Under the pieces are notes generated by a model. The model ran no database searches and was not told where the DNA came from. It worked only from the letters and a program-made list of their open reading frames with translations. The translations under genes and the position numbers were made by a program. A DNA stretch of 64,000 nt. Origin: a virus. Location of the stretch: IMG/VR virus record IMGVR_UViG_3300037466_003456, positions 32,001 through 96,000 of that record; one strand, written 5' to 3'. Numbering within the stretch: the first letter of the stretch is position 1; every line of letters starts with the position of its first letter. Shown here piece by piece: positions 7,265 to 17,270 of the stretch.

Positions 7265-8494
7265 TTACCTCTTTACGAAAACATCTAAATATGAGAATTC
7301 CTTGTTTGGCGGAATAGGCACACCATTTTTAAATTTATAACCCATTCGTTCCAGTTTCCCACGAACACCAAGAGCCGACCTACCAATCCGTTCCCCGATG
7401 TCTTCCATACAATGACCTTTCATAACCATTGATTCAATTAGCTCCACTTGTTTCGGTGTATATTCATCGACTGGGCGAGCGGTAATATTTAATTTTCTCA
7501 TACGGTTTTTTAGTGAACTCACAGAACGACCAGTCTTTTTTGATATTTCCACGACGGTGAGATTTTCGTTGCACATTTGGATAAGTTTTTGTGATTCTTC
7601 CTCTGTCCATACTTTCCGTGTTTCCTTTTTAGGAAGCTGTGCGCGCAGCTGATCTATTGCCAAACGTCCGCTTGAATCTCTCGTTGGTATATATTCTTTT
7701 AACTGCACTTGAAGTTGGTCATATCTAATTTTGTCTCTGACCGAACCTACAGTCCTTTCAAGAGCAAAGGCCAATTCTACAATATTATATTTATGGTCTT
7801 TCCCCAATTCTAACAGCTGACGAACTTCTTCTTCAGACCAATTTGGACGTTCATGTGCCGATATGATGACGTCATCTGGATAAGCAATATTTGCGCGGAT
7901 TGGTCGAGCTTTTAAGCCGAGATTTTTTATTCTAGCTTTGATTGCTCCTTGACTTCGATTTAGGCGGTCGCTAATCTCTGCGTAGGTATAAATATAAGCA
8001 GACAGCATCCCTTTTAAAATGTTGTCTTCTTCGGTTGTCCATGCCGATTCGTTGCTCTTTTTGACCTTTCTTGCTTTGATATAATCCGCATTCCGTTTTT
8101 CCTTTAGCCAATTGGGTTCCTTGCCCAGTGAGTTCGGTCCTATTTTAGAGAAATCAACCATGTGCTTATTCGCTTCAAGCCATTTCCATAAATCCTTTTC
8201 TTTCACGACCAGAATTCGTTTTTCTGCGGTAAACTTTTTCGTCTTAGCAGGGAAGTCATATCGTTCGACCCAATTCATAATCCGTTTATAATCCACTTTC
8301 AAATATTTTGATAAGGAGTGAAGGGTAAAGCCTTCATAGTTATCAATAGGTCTCCCAAGTCCAAGTCTATTGGCTTTTAGCTTAATAGCATCTTCTGATC
8401 TGCCTAACTTTTTACTGATGGTTGGGAGAGAGTAGGTACCCCACCATTCTTCCAGCGCATCGACTTCTTCTCCCGTCCATTTCTTAACGCCCAT
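7265..8494 (-). CDS. Multi-repeat Myb/SANT-like helix-turn-helix DNA-binding protein
   Basis: Repeats KWTGEE, AWTTEED, NWSEEE, VWTEEE, EYTPKQ, each followed by an I/L-x-x-x-L/T-G-R-S-type HTH. Confidence 0.7.
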   Translation of the reverse strand: MGVKKWTGEEVDALEEWWGTYSLPTISKKLGRSEDAIKLKANRLGLGRPIDNYEGFTLHSLSKYLKVDYKRIMNWVERYDFPAKTKKFTAEKRILVVKEKDLWKWLEANKHMVDFSKIGPNSLGKEPNWLKEKRNADYIKARKVKKSNESAWTTEEDNILKGMLSAYIYTYAEISDRLNRSQGAIKARIKNLGLKARPIRANIAYPDDVIISAHERPNWSEEEVRQLLELGKDHKYNIVELAFALERTVGSVRDKIRYDQLQVQLKEYIPTRDSSGRLAIDQLRAQLPKKETRKVWTEEESQKLIQMCNENLTVVEISKKTGRSVSSLKNRMRKLNITARPVDEYTPKQVELIESMVMKGHCMEDIGERIGRSALGVRGKLERMGYKFKNGVPIPPNKEFSYLDVFVKR

Positions 8495-8726
8495 ACGTTA
8501 CCTCCTAGAAACTGCTCCTTTCATTGTAATAGGGAATGGTTACATTATGAAAGTAGCAAAATAGAAAATTAGAAAAAGAAAAAGAGAAAAGGAGACAATT
8601 TTATAGTTGTCTCCTCATCCCGCTTTGTTGACTTTATTCAGCTGCAATAATTCCCACGTTAAGTTAATGAATTTTTCTTGGTCCTGATCCTCTAATGCCT
8701 GGAGCATCTGGTCAATAACCTCCTCT

Positions 8727-8999
8727 TTAGGCGACTTGTTCTCTATCATTCTTCTCATCCTTTCTTATTTTTCTGCGAGTTTCTATATATTTTTTGATCA
8801 CATCTCGAGTAAATTCTTCTTCCGTTTTGTTGTAGTATTCTAAGGCGTCTTCAAAAGATAGGTCAGTAATGAAATAATGACTAAAATCATCTTTTAATTC
8901 TGAAATGGAAGTGGCTAAGTGGCAATATCCATAAGCGGCAGGGTAACAGGCATCACCGACAATAGTTTCGTAATTATAATCGTAACCAAACGTTTTCAT
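8727..8999 (-). CDS. Hypothetical protein (90 aa)
   Basis: ORF with AAGGAG SD. Confidence 0.6.
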   Translation of the reverse strand: MKTFGYDYNYETIVGDACYPAAYGYCHLATSISELKDDFSHYFITDLSFEDALEYYNKTEEEFTRDVIKKYIETRRKIRKDEKNDREQVA

Positions 9000-9012
9000 A
9001 TTTCATCTCTCC

Positions 9013-9144
9013 TTAAATAAAAAATAACATATCATCGTCATTATTCGGTTGAACCCAATCACAATCTCCACAGCCATATATATCAACACTTTCAACATTT
9101 ACATCAACGACTTGCAATTTTTGATTACAGAATGGACAATTCAT
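9013..9144 (-). CDS. Tiny Cys4 zinc-ribbon protein (43 aa)
   Basis: MNCPFCNQ...YGCGDCDW; GGAG SD. Confidence 0.6.
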   Translation of the reverse strand: MNCPFCNQKLQVVDVNVESVDIYGCGDCDWVQPNNDDDMLFFI

Positions 9145-9146
9145 TT

Positions 9147-9368
9147 TTAACACTCCTCATCTTCATCATCTAATTTAATCACAATCATGGATTTGCTAGT
9201 ATTCTTTCTTTTGTTTAACTTTTTCTGATAGGACGGTGTAGTGTAATACCAAATAGTGTAAGGTTTCATTCCTGTATAGTCTGCACACTCTTCAAGCGTT
9301 CCTAAACAAATAAAGGAGTCGCCTTTATATACGGCGTACTCCTTTACAGTCTGTTCATTCATACTCAT
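9147..9368 (-). CDS. Small phage protein, possibly DNA-binding
   Basis: EYAVYKGDSFICLGTLEECADYTGMKPYTIWYY resembles a common Firmicute phage HTH-like family; start after GAGGAG. Confidence 0.65.
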   Translation of the reverse strand: MSMNEQTVKEYAVYKGDSFICLGTLEECADYTGMKPYTIWYYTTPSYQKKLNKRKNTSKSMIVIKLDDEDEEC

Positions 9369-9372
9369 ATGT

Positions 9373-9492
9373 TCACTCCTCAATCAATTGATCCCAGCAT
9401 TCCTTACAGTATTTTTCTTCTTCAAAAAATATCGTTACTTGGATAGTTAGTTCTGATTCAGGAAATTCATTGTTACAATTACAGCACCTCAT
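9373..9492 (-). CDS. Tiny Cys-rich zinc-finger protein (39 aa)
   Basis: MRCCNCNNEF...YCKECW; ATGA overlap with the helicase stop. Confidence 0.55.
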   Translation of the reverse strand: MRCCNCNNEFPESELTIQVTIFFEEEKYCKECWDQLIEE

Positions 9493-11507
9493 ACCGGAAA
9501 CTCCAACTCAGCCAACAAGGACTCTAAATCACGATCCAAGTCATCCAAATTTATATCCGGAATTTCTTCATAATCCCTTTCCCCAAACATCAAGGCCTGA
9601 ATAATTTCTTCGCCCTTTTGTCGGTCTGTTTCATCCGGGATATTTGCTACTACTGCTTTTAATCCCACAATGTTTAATTCGCCTTCGATGATTCCAGACT
9701 GGAACCGAACGCGATCCGCACCAAATTCCTCTTTCAAGAAGCGCACCCGTTTCCATGCTTGCGATTCGAAGAAAGGAACATTAACATCAAGGACATCAAA
9801 AGATTCACCAATGGAGCCATCCTCACGCATACGAACGGTACGTCCAGCTCTCTGTGGTTCCCGTACTTCTGAACCCCCTGCATTAAAACGGACAATTTTA
9901 GAGGCATTTTTCGCATTGAAACCAACATCAAACACACTGGTTCCAATTAATACTTTAAACTCTCCATTTCGGTAAGCAGCAATCGTATCCTGCCGTAGTT
10001 TCTTTGGCGTATCTCCGTCAATATAATGGATATCATTTTCGTCCATTCCCATTTCTACTAGGATGTTCTTCACGATTTCCCCATGTGCCTTTCGGGTTAC
10101 AAGCGCAAGGACATAATAATCTTTTGCCCATTCCACGACCTTATTACAAAGGAATCGATTACGCACGTCGTTCTGAACAATAAAAATGTCATAGGCCTGA
10201 TGATAGTCCAGCTTCAAATCCTTCATAATCTTTTTATCCATCTTGTGGTCAAATTTCGTAAAATGACCGATGAACTCTGCTAATCTTCCTTTTTCAATCT
10301 GTTCGCCTGCAGAAGACACATAGCGCTGTTCACCTGTCGCAGCTACAATTTGAATCCCTCCGCCATCTGTTCGAACAGGGGTTGCCGAAAGGGTATAGCG
10401 GTAGGGGGCAGGGCAGGCATGAAGAAACTCATTCCACGAATCGGTTCCTAATACTTGGGCTTCATCCACGACAAACAGATCAACGCTTTGAAGGAAAGGA
10501 ATAATTTCGGCATGTCGTTTCAACTGCTTTTCGATGCTGCGGACACGGTTTTGAAACTTCTTTACTTCCTTCTCGCATTCCTTTTTATGCTCTTCATCGG
10601 TAGCAAATTGAAGGCGCTGTTCGGCTAGTTCGAGTTGATAATTCGCCACCTGTTGTTCCTTTGCAGTGGGAGGTTTCAAAGCAACAGAAATGGTTTGAAT
10701 GCTTGCAACCGTTATGTCACCTGGTTCGAATACTCCGTCGCCAATCATGCCAATCTTAATATCGTTGCCAGCAAAGACTTCATCGAAATCTGCTTTGGCA
10801 TCATCCGTCAAAACACGCTGATTCGCAATGAACATGGAACGGACACCTTTCTTAGCGATAAGAGAAGATGCTACGAAACTCGTTTTTCCAAATCCAGTGG
10901 GTAACTTTCCGATGCCACAATTCGCCGCGTCCAGTGCTTCAACGGAGGCAAATTGGTCTTCTGTAGGTTCAAAGGAGAACGTCGTCTTTAAATTGAAATA
11001 AGGTTCAGGATACTCGAATTCTCTTTCTACATGATAAGGAATGTCGTGTTTGTCTAAGATGGAGAGAATCCGTTCCAATAATCCTGACGGAAAACAGCCT
11101 TCTGTCACATTGAACAAATGGACATAGCCGCTCCATGTTTTCCCGTACAGCTTAGAGTTTTTTGCCTTTTTGTCCAAATAAGAAGTCGCTGGAATAATCT
11201 CATTCCAAGGAAGTCCTGCTCCTTGGATGTAACAAGTGGCAGGCATCCATTTGATAAAAATAGGGTTCTTTTTATTTAAAACAAAGTTGTTGGCGAACTT
11301 TTCATAAGAAAGCGAAAAGCCTAGTTGTTCCCGATACTTCTGACTTAACACTTCACGAACCACATTAAAGTGTTCGAGGGATATATAAAAATTGTTTTTG
11401 TAGTCTCTCGATTTAACTTCCTTCATGGCTTGAAGGTCGCCTTTAAATTCCTTAATATCGGCAATCTGGGAGAAGATCAATTCATTATTCTTTAAGTCTA
11501 AGAACAT
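9489..11507 (-). CDS. Superfamily 2 (DExD/H, UvsW/XPB-like) helicase
   Basis: Walker A LPTGFGKT, Walker B VVDEAQ, motif III SATP, motif VI QRAGR. Confidence 0.92.
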   Translation of the reverse strand: MFLDLKNNELIFSQIADIKEFKGDLQAMKEVKSRDYKNNFYISLEHFNVVREVLSQKYREQLGFSLSYEKFANNFVLNKKNPIFIKWMPATCYIQGAGLPWNEIIPATSYLDKKAKNSKLYGKTWSGYVHLFNVTEGCFPSGLLERILSILDKHDIPYHVEREFEYPEPYFNLKTTFSFEPTEDQFASVEALDAANCGIGKLPTGFGKTSFVASSLIAKKGVRSMFIANQRVLTDDAKADFDEVFAGNDIKIGMIGDGVFEPGDITVASIQTISVALKPPTAKEQQVANYQLELAEQRLQFATDEEHKKECEKEVKKFQNRVRSIEKQLKRHAEIIPFLQSVDLFVVDEAQVLGTDSWNEFLHACPAPYRYTLSATPVRTDGGGIQIVAATGEQRYVSSAGEQIEKGRLAEFIGHFTKFDHKMDKKIMKDLKLDYHQAYDIFIVQNDVRNRFLCNKVVEWAKDYYVLALVTRKAHGEIVKNILVEMGMDENDIHYIDGDTPKKLRQDTIAAYRNGEFKVLIGTSVFDVGFNAKNASKIVRFNAGGSEVREPQRAGRTVRMREDGSIGESFDVLDVNVPFFESQAWKRVRFLKEEFGADRVRFQSGIIEGELNIVGLKAVVANIPDETDRQKGEEIIQALMFGERDYEEIPDINLDDLDRDLESLLAELEFPV

Positions 11508-11573
11508 ATTGTTCTCCTTTCATAATTTCGCAGTTTGATAATTCAATATTATCATAACTATAAAATTACGAAT

Positions 11574-11783
11574 TTAAATAATTTCATCACAATGCAGATT
11601 ACAACCGCAATACGTACAATAGTTTAAATGTTCCATCTTGATGCCCTTATCCTGTTTAATGAAGGAGAAAATGCTAACATCATGTTTACGTATTTCTAAC
11701 GCCTTTTGTCTCATTTCCTTCTCCGTCATTCCTTCACAAACGTGAATATAACTTTCTTGAGAGTTTTTATCTTTAATGAACAT
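11574..11783 (-). CDS. Hypothetical protein with C-terminal CxxC
   Basis: ORF with GGGGG SD; YCTYCGC motif. Confidence 0.6.
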   Translation of the reverse strand: MFIKDKNSQESYIHVCEGMTEKEMRQKALEIRKHDVSIFSFIKQDKGIKMEHLNYCTYCGCNLHCDEII

Positions 11784-11844
11784 TGTTTATTCCCCCTTAT
11801 AAAATTAGAAAAAGGGACAATTATGTAATTGTCCCTTCGTGTTT

Positions 11845-12861
11845 TTAATCGAATTGAATTTTCCTTGGATCGTAACCTTCTTTAATCAATTCATTGCCAA
11901 TGATAAAGGCACCCATAATCATTCCAAGATAAGCCAGCATTTGTCCGTTGCCATCAAACTCTCGTTTACCTGCCAGAATCGCCATCATCATCTCAAACGA
12001 AACCATGATACCAAACTTGGTGATAGCCTTTGCTTTGTTTGTTCTGAGCCAGGCCTTTACGTTATGCCACATGTTTTTGAATCGGAATTTCTTTCCGGCG
12101 AACAGTTTCTTATAGTTAGCTGGACGGTCATCTGGTGTGCGATATCCTTTTCCATCCACTGCAGCTTGATAGGCCATATTTTTATCATCATCGAGATTAT
12201 CCCAATAAGCCCTTTTCTTCGCATCCAGATCATCCGCATCGATGACGGTTTCCCGATTGGTTCTTTTGCTTTTATATTGTTTTTCATTCAAGTTTACTCG
12301 GCTTGTGAATCCACTGCTACGGAATCGATAAGAGGTATCCTCGCCCATTACTCTTTGATAGGTCTTTTCATTCTCCTTTTGCTGTTCCGACTTCTGACTC
12401 ATCTGGAGTAATCCTGCTATGACCTTTTCTTTCTTCTCCTTGTATTCTTGGATATTCAGTGGATCCTCTGTATCTACAGTAAATTCTGTCACCTGTTTGA
12501 TTTTCTCGGATGCGTCATATTCAATATTGTCTATCCGTTGTTTTTCAGCCAATTCCAGAGCTTCCTTAGAACCTTCTGTCATTTCCTGAGCGATTTGGGT
12601 AAGCATTTTAGATGGATCATCGATTTCTTCTAAATTGACTTCCTCTTCAAGATCACACCAGGACAGAAATTTTTCTAAGTTCATGGCAGCTTCTTCTTTT
12701 TGGATTTCCTCAAGGGTTCGGTTATCATCCGGTAACGTTCCGTCTTCCGCCTTCTTCATAAACTTTTTCACAAACGCTTCATTGCTGACATCATCAAGCT
12801 GGGCTAATACATTTTCCCTTTGACCTTGATGTTCTTCAGCATCAATTATGATTCTTCTCAT
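11845..12861 (-). CDS. Hypothetical protein with C-terminal membrane anchor (338 aa)
   Basis: Acidic/coiled N-terminal part and two hydrophobic C-terminal segments. Confidence 0.7.
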   Translation of the reverse strand: MRRIIIDAEEHQGQRENVLAQLDDVSNEAFVKKFMKKAEDGTLPDDNRTLEEIQKEEAAMNLEKFLSWCDLEEEVNLEEIDDPSKMLTQIAQEMTEGSKEALELAEKQRIDNIEYDASEKIKQVTEFTVDTEDPLNIQEYKEKKEKVIAGLLQMSQKSEQQKENEKTYQRVMGEDTSYRFRSSGFTSRVNLNEKQYKSKRTNRETVIDADDLDAKKRAYWDNLDDDKNMAYQAAVDGKGYRTPDDRPANYKKLFAGKKFRFKNMWHNVKAWLRTNKAKAITKFGIMVSFEMMMAILAGKREFDGNGQMLAYLGMIMGAFIIGNELIKEGYDPRKIQFD

Positions 12862-12880
12862 TCATTCCACTTCCTTTTTG

Positions 12881-13663
12881 TTAGTCCATTTTAATGTTTC
12901 GCATACATGATTTAAGTTCTTGCCGGCCGAAGATTTCCATTGCTACTCCTATGGCACCGACAAGAACAGCCGCAATGGTGACACCGATACCATCACCTTC
13001 AGACAACTTCTTTCTACCTATCCATGCGCCAATCCCAACGATGACAGCTCCAAATCCGATGGCTATCCGTTTTTGGAAATGCTTATCTTTTAACTTTTCC
13101 TTTGTATTCTGTCTAAAGTTATCTCCTAGCTTTCCTGCGTTTTCTTTGATGCTCTCTTCATATATTTCGCTGGTTTTTGCTTTGGAATTTTCATCGAGGC
13201 ACCTTTTTACATCTAATTCATCAAAAACAGCAATCACCATTTTGTATTCTTTTCCTGGAAGCTCTTCGACCATATCCACTTTACGTCCTTTGTAATAAAC
13301 AGCGACTTCATTACTCATGAAGTTTCTTTTTTCAAAAAGCTCGTTGAGATCAGCCATTTGACGAGAATTAAAGAAACAGGAATGTCTCCCGTCCTTAAAA
13401 CTTCTCTTAATCCTTTCTGATGATTTATTTGGCATCATTTCATTTTGAAAAAGTTCCTCTGCATCAAATTCGCTCACCTCCATTTCTTGTCTAATCAATT
13501 GGTGACCACAATGAAACACTTGATCCCCTGTAACAAGGCCATCCAAAGTAATGGATAGTTCAGGGCTTAGATGATATTCGAGTCCTCCTGTTTCGATTGG
13601 CGATACAAACTCCCATGGCAATTGAATCGGTTTGATAATATGAAAATTAAATTTGAGGTTCAT
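12881..13663 (-). CDS. Hypothetical protein with two C-terminal TM helices (260 aa)
   Basis: ORF with AGGAGAGG SD; IAIGFGAVIVGIGAW and VTIAAVLVGAIGVA segments. Confidence 0.7.
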   Translation of the reverse strand: MNLKFNFHIIKPIQLPWEFVSPIETGGLEYHLSPELSITLDGLVTGDQVFHCGHQLIRQEMEVSEFDAEELFQNEMMPNKSSERIKRSFKDGRHSCFFNSRQMADLNELFEKRNFMSNEVAVYYKGRKVDMVEELPGKEYKMVIAVFDELDVKRCLDENSKAKTSEIYEESIKENAGKLGDNFRQNTKEKLKDKHFQKRIAIGFGAVIVGIGAWIGRKKLSEGDGIGVTIAAVLVGAIGVAMEIFGRQELKSCMRNIKMD

Positions 13664-13716
13664 TGTTCCCTCTCCTTTCTAAAATAAAAAAGGACAGCAA
13701 TATTGCTGCCCCTTTC

Positions 13717-13902
13717 TTAATCCTTTAACACTTTTAGTTTGGTTACTCCTTGCCTTACGCCCATTTCAACCTCTCTTACTACTGCGTTACCTCTTTCTTT
13801 CATTTTGCTTCCTGTATAATTATTCGCTGCTGTCCATGCTCCTAATTCCATCAATTGTGCTGCTGTTTTTAATATCATCATGCCAATTACTTTAATTCCC
13901 AT
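13717..13902 (-). CDS. Small hypothetical protein
   Basis: Start after GAGGTG, downstream of a promoter motif. Confidence 0.55.
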   Translation of the reverse strand: MGIKVIGMMILKTAAQLMELGAWTAANNYTGSKMKERGNAVVREVEMGVRQGVTKLKVLKD

Positions 13903-13938
13903 TCTTCTCACCTCATGTCATTTTTTTTACTTCCTTTC

Positions 13939-13954
13939 CATTATTCTTATAACA
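13939..13954 (-). promoter_or_regulatory. Early-type promoter motif (GTG replaced by ATG)
   Basis: TGTTATAAGAATAATG. Confidence 0.6.
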
Positions 13955-13988
13955 CTTTATAAGCAAAAAAGGAGACAACCTTCCGCCC

Positions 13989-16900
13989 TTAAAACAGGAC
14001 TTCGGCTGTCTCCTTTTTATTTCCGTATTTCACAATTTCCGTTTGCTTGGTGATGAATTGTCGTACATTCAAGGTCCAACGATACCCATTGGTGTTTTTC
14101 TTGTATCCGAACTGACGGATTAATCCATCGTCATTTAAAGTCATGCGTGTTTCAATTCGATGTTTCTTTGTATCAAAACTCTTTCCTAAAACATTTTTCA
14201 TGGCAGTATGGATTTGCTTTAAATTGAAATCCTGAGTGGCGTCCATTTCTTCTGCCAGCACCTTCAAATGAACACTATCAATTTGAAAATTATCTCCCGA
14301 TACGTCAATCGGCTTATCATAAATATGGGAAGTATTTAACACCCAATGGCGTTTGGCATATCCTAAGATTTCTTCTGCAATTGTCACGAAGATATATTCC
14401 AACTTACCTTCTAAGGTGTTCATGGAAATTTCCTTCTTCATTTCCTTCACATTATTCTCGTAGAAAGACATCAAATACTTTTCATAATCGCCACCGCACA
14501 ACCGAGCGATGGTAACGAGAGGTCGTAGAATCTGCGTTAAACGGGCGTTCCCGGTTTCTAAACGTGTATCCGTTTCGAAGATTTGTTCAACATCCGAGAA
14601 ATAGGTCAAAGCGGAAATAGCGGCTCTGGAAGTGATGCTATAGGCTTCCCCTCGACGTTCCCCTTTAAACTTCTCTGGAGTGACCAATTTCTTTAAAACA
14701 GATTCAGGGGCTTGGTGGGTTTCAACATAAATACACCGGTCAGCGATAACATCGTCAACCCCGTTGATATTACTGATTACTTTAGGGCCAAACACTTTGT
14801 AATAGGTGGTAAATCCTGTGTCTGGATCCACACGACCAACTTCCCCTTTGTCGGAATACCCTGATTTTATGACTGCCGCAAGACCAGATTCGTTTACCTT
14901 CTTGGTATCCACTAAATACTCCAATTCATCGAGAATGAACGTGCCGCCGAATTGGTGGATCGAACGGAATAAAGCAGATTCTGTGATGTTAACCACAAAG
15001 GTTGGATTAAAACCTAACAGCTGAATAATTGCATCAAGAGTAGACTTCCCTGTACCCTTCGCCCCATTCAAAACAAGGTAAGGGAATCCACTTGAGAACA
15101 ATGTGTAAAAGTAGGTGGCGTAAATCCACAATGACAGTACCTTAATGACTTCATCGGTGCTGTAATAAATGTTGCGGATGAAGCTTTCGATTTCTTGAAT
15201 GATAATGCTGGGATGATAGGACATTTCATCGATTTCATCGTTAACCCATTTGTGAATCCACTCATACTGCAAGGAAAGATTCTCTACATCCCGCACATTA
15301 GTTTCCACTTCAGTCGGCAATTCGTATTTGTTATGAATGAGCAAAAGGCTTTGCGGAGTTTTCTTTTTAAGAAGATCCAGCCGAATCTCTTCTTTTTTGT
15401 TGCTGATGAGACACGGGACCATCTTAGGGGAATCATCATCCTTCACCATTTTCGCAAAGTACATATAGCCATCTCCTTTTTCCGGGAAAAAGGATTGAGC
15501 CAGTTGAATCTTTTGCGGTGCTCGAAGCAGGTCAACTTCCTCATTCTCATAGCCATTGACTTCTCGTAAAATCTCGGCCACATCAATGTCTGATTTAATT
15601 TTACGCTGGACTTGGCGAACCAGTAGCTCGTACTTCTTTGCAGGTGCGTGGAAAATGTACCAGGCAATCTGCTTAATGATTTCACTTTTAAACTTAGATA
15701 AATGGAAGATGTCGAGAAGTTCATCCATGGTGCGCTGTGGCTCATTTTCCACCCATCGGATGTCATGGTAATAGCTGTTGATTTCGTTGCTTAGAGCGAG
15801 TTTTAAGATGTTTTTATCGGGTGTCAGATTGATAGCCTCAATATCCTTTCCTACCCGTTTTTCATACATCAACTTTCCGTTGTAAAGCAACAAATCCCCG
15901 CTGAATGTGCGGTTTGGTTTCAAATAATCAATTTCATACCGAATGCCAACAAACCGATTTTTAATTTCCCAATGATGACGAGTACCATCACGCCAAATTT
16001 TGTATCCATCAGTTTCTTGTATCTTTGCCATATCAATGGAGTTCTTTAATATTTCAATGGCATTTTCATCGTTTTTCAAAAACTCATCGATATCCTTATA
16101 TTGTTCAGGAAACTCAAGGCTTTTCACCTTCACATCAGGGAGTTCATCGCTCAGCTGCTCTCTGTATTTGTCGCCAGCATCATCATGGTCAAATGCTTCG
16201 TAGATTTCATCAAACTGTCGAAGAAGATCGTTATCAAAAAATCCTTCTGGTGCATTACCACCGATTCCCCAAACCATGAAGTTTTTCTGATAAGAGGAAG
16301 GAAGTTCTAAAAATGCTTCTTTCGTAGATTGCTTGTCATTTTCTCCTTCGACTAATATCAGAGACTTTTTCTTTTTGGATTTTAACTCCTTGGGATGGGC
16401 GAAGAAAACTCCTTCCTTATCCCCACGACTTAAATTGTTAGGAGTCATGGTGTGCCCTGTCATATTCTCGTGGGCCGTCTTTAAGTAATCGTCAAGACTG
16501 TAATAATTTTGATTACAGTCATAGTGATAACCGCCATTCGGTTTCGCTTTACCTCGACAGGTACGGACGAAGATTTTACAGTTTACCCGAACCAAGTTTC
16601 CTTTTTCATCGCAGTAAGGATAGATAAAGTAACCCTCGGGCAACCCAACTAATGCCTGGGCACGGTTGATTTCAAATTCCTCATAGCCTTCTTCAAGTAA
16701 TTTCTTTTTCAATTCTGGCCAGCCACCGGTGTAACCTACTCGATCTTCAATCAAGGTTTCTGCTTTGTGCTTACGTTTTCTTGTTAAGTAATGAAGCGGC
16801 ACAATAATTTCCTCGGAGCCAGAGCTGTAATCCGTATAGGTTACGCTTCTTAACCGGGAATGGTAGTAATCGATGGCTCTTTGACAAATCCGTTGGAAGC

Positions 16901-17231
16901 GGGCATATTGTTCTCTTGCTGCTGATTGGGATGGTTCATGGCTGGCAAAGTTATATTTCTTTCCTGCCCACTCTCCAAGCCTTGTTCTGCCTTCAATTTC
17001 ACCAAGCTGATCTTCTACGATTTTAATAAGGGATCCACTAGCGTCACAAGAAAAACAATGACCTCCATTAAATCCCTTTGTCAGACTGAAACAGTTGTTA
17101 TGTCCGCAATAGGGACAGGGATTTACAAATATGGACTTTCCGGAAACTTCTATATTCGTAGACAAAAAGGTCCTGGCATAATCATCTAAGTTTCGTAGAA
17201 TATGTTCTGTAATGTCTTTAACCCAACTCAA
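13989..17231 (-). CDS. DNA primase (Zn finger + Toprim) fused to a C-terminal P-loop ATPase/helicase-like domain
   Basis: CPYCGHNNCF..CFSC zinc finger; Toprim LVEGEND, FDHDDAG, KDIDEFL; Walker A GAKGTGKST and Walker B FILDE. Confidence 0.85.
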   Translation of the reverse strand: MSWVKDITEHILRNLDDYARTFLSTNIEVSGKSIFVNPCPYCGHNNCFSLTKGFNGGHCFSCDASGSLIKIVEDQLGEIEGRTRLGEWAGKKYNFASHEPSQSAAREQYARFQRICQRAIDYYHSRLRSVTYTDYSSGSEEIIVPLHYLTRKRKHKAETLIEDRVGYTGGWPELKKKLLEEGYEEFEINRAQALVGLPEGYFIYPYCDEKGNLVRVNCKIFVRTCRGKAKPNGGYHYDCNQNYYSLDDYLKTAHENMTGHTMTPNNLSRGDKEGVFFAHPKELKSKKKKSLILVEGENDKQSTKEAFLELPSSYQKNFMVWGIGGNAPEGFFDNDLLRQFDEIYEAFDHDDAGDKYREQLSDELPDVKVKSLEFPEQYKDIDEFLKNDENAIEILKNSIDMAKIQETDGYKIWRDGTRHHWEIKNRFVGIRYEIDYLKPNRTFSGDLLLYNGKLMYEKRVGKDIEAINLTPDKNILKLALSNEINSYYHDIRWVENEPQRTMDELLDIFHLSKFKSEIIKQIAWYIFHAPAKKYELLVRQVQRKIKSDIDVAEILREVNGYENEEVDLLRAPQKIQLAQSFFPEKGDGYMYFAKMVKDDDSPKMVPCLISNKKEEIRLDLLKKKTPQSLLLIHNKYELPTEVETNVRDVENLSLQYEWIHKWVNDEIDEMSYHPSIIIQEIESFIRNIYYSTDEVIKVLSLWIYATYFYTLFSSGFPYLVLNGAKGTGKSTLDAIIQLLGFNPTFVVNITESALFRSIHQFGGTFILDELEYLVDTKKVNESGLAAVIKSGYSDKGEVGRVDPDTGFTTYYKVFGPKVISNINGVDDVIADRCIYVETHQAPESVLKKLVTPEKFKGERRGEAYSITSRAAISALTYFSDVEQIFETDTRLETGNARLTQILRPLVTIARLCGGDYEKYLMSFYENNVKEMKKEISMNTLEGKLEYIFVTIAEEILGYAKRHWVLNTSHIYDKPIDVSGDNFQIDSVHLKVLAEEMDATQDFNLKQIHTAMKNVLGKSFDTKKHRIETRMTLNDDGLIRQFGYKKNTNGYRWTLNVRQFITKQTEIVKYGNKKETAEVLF

Positions 17232-17270
17232 AAAAGTTCCCCCGCCTTCTAAAGAAAAGGTTTTCTATAT

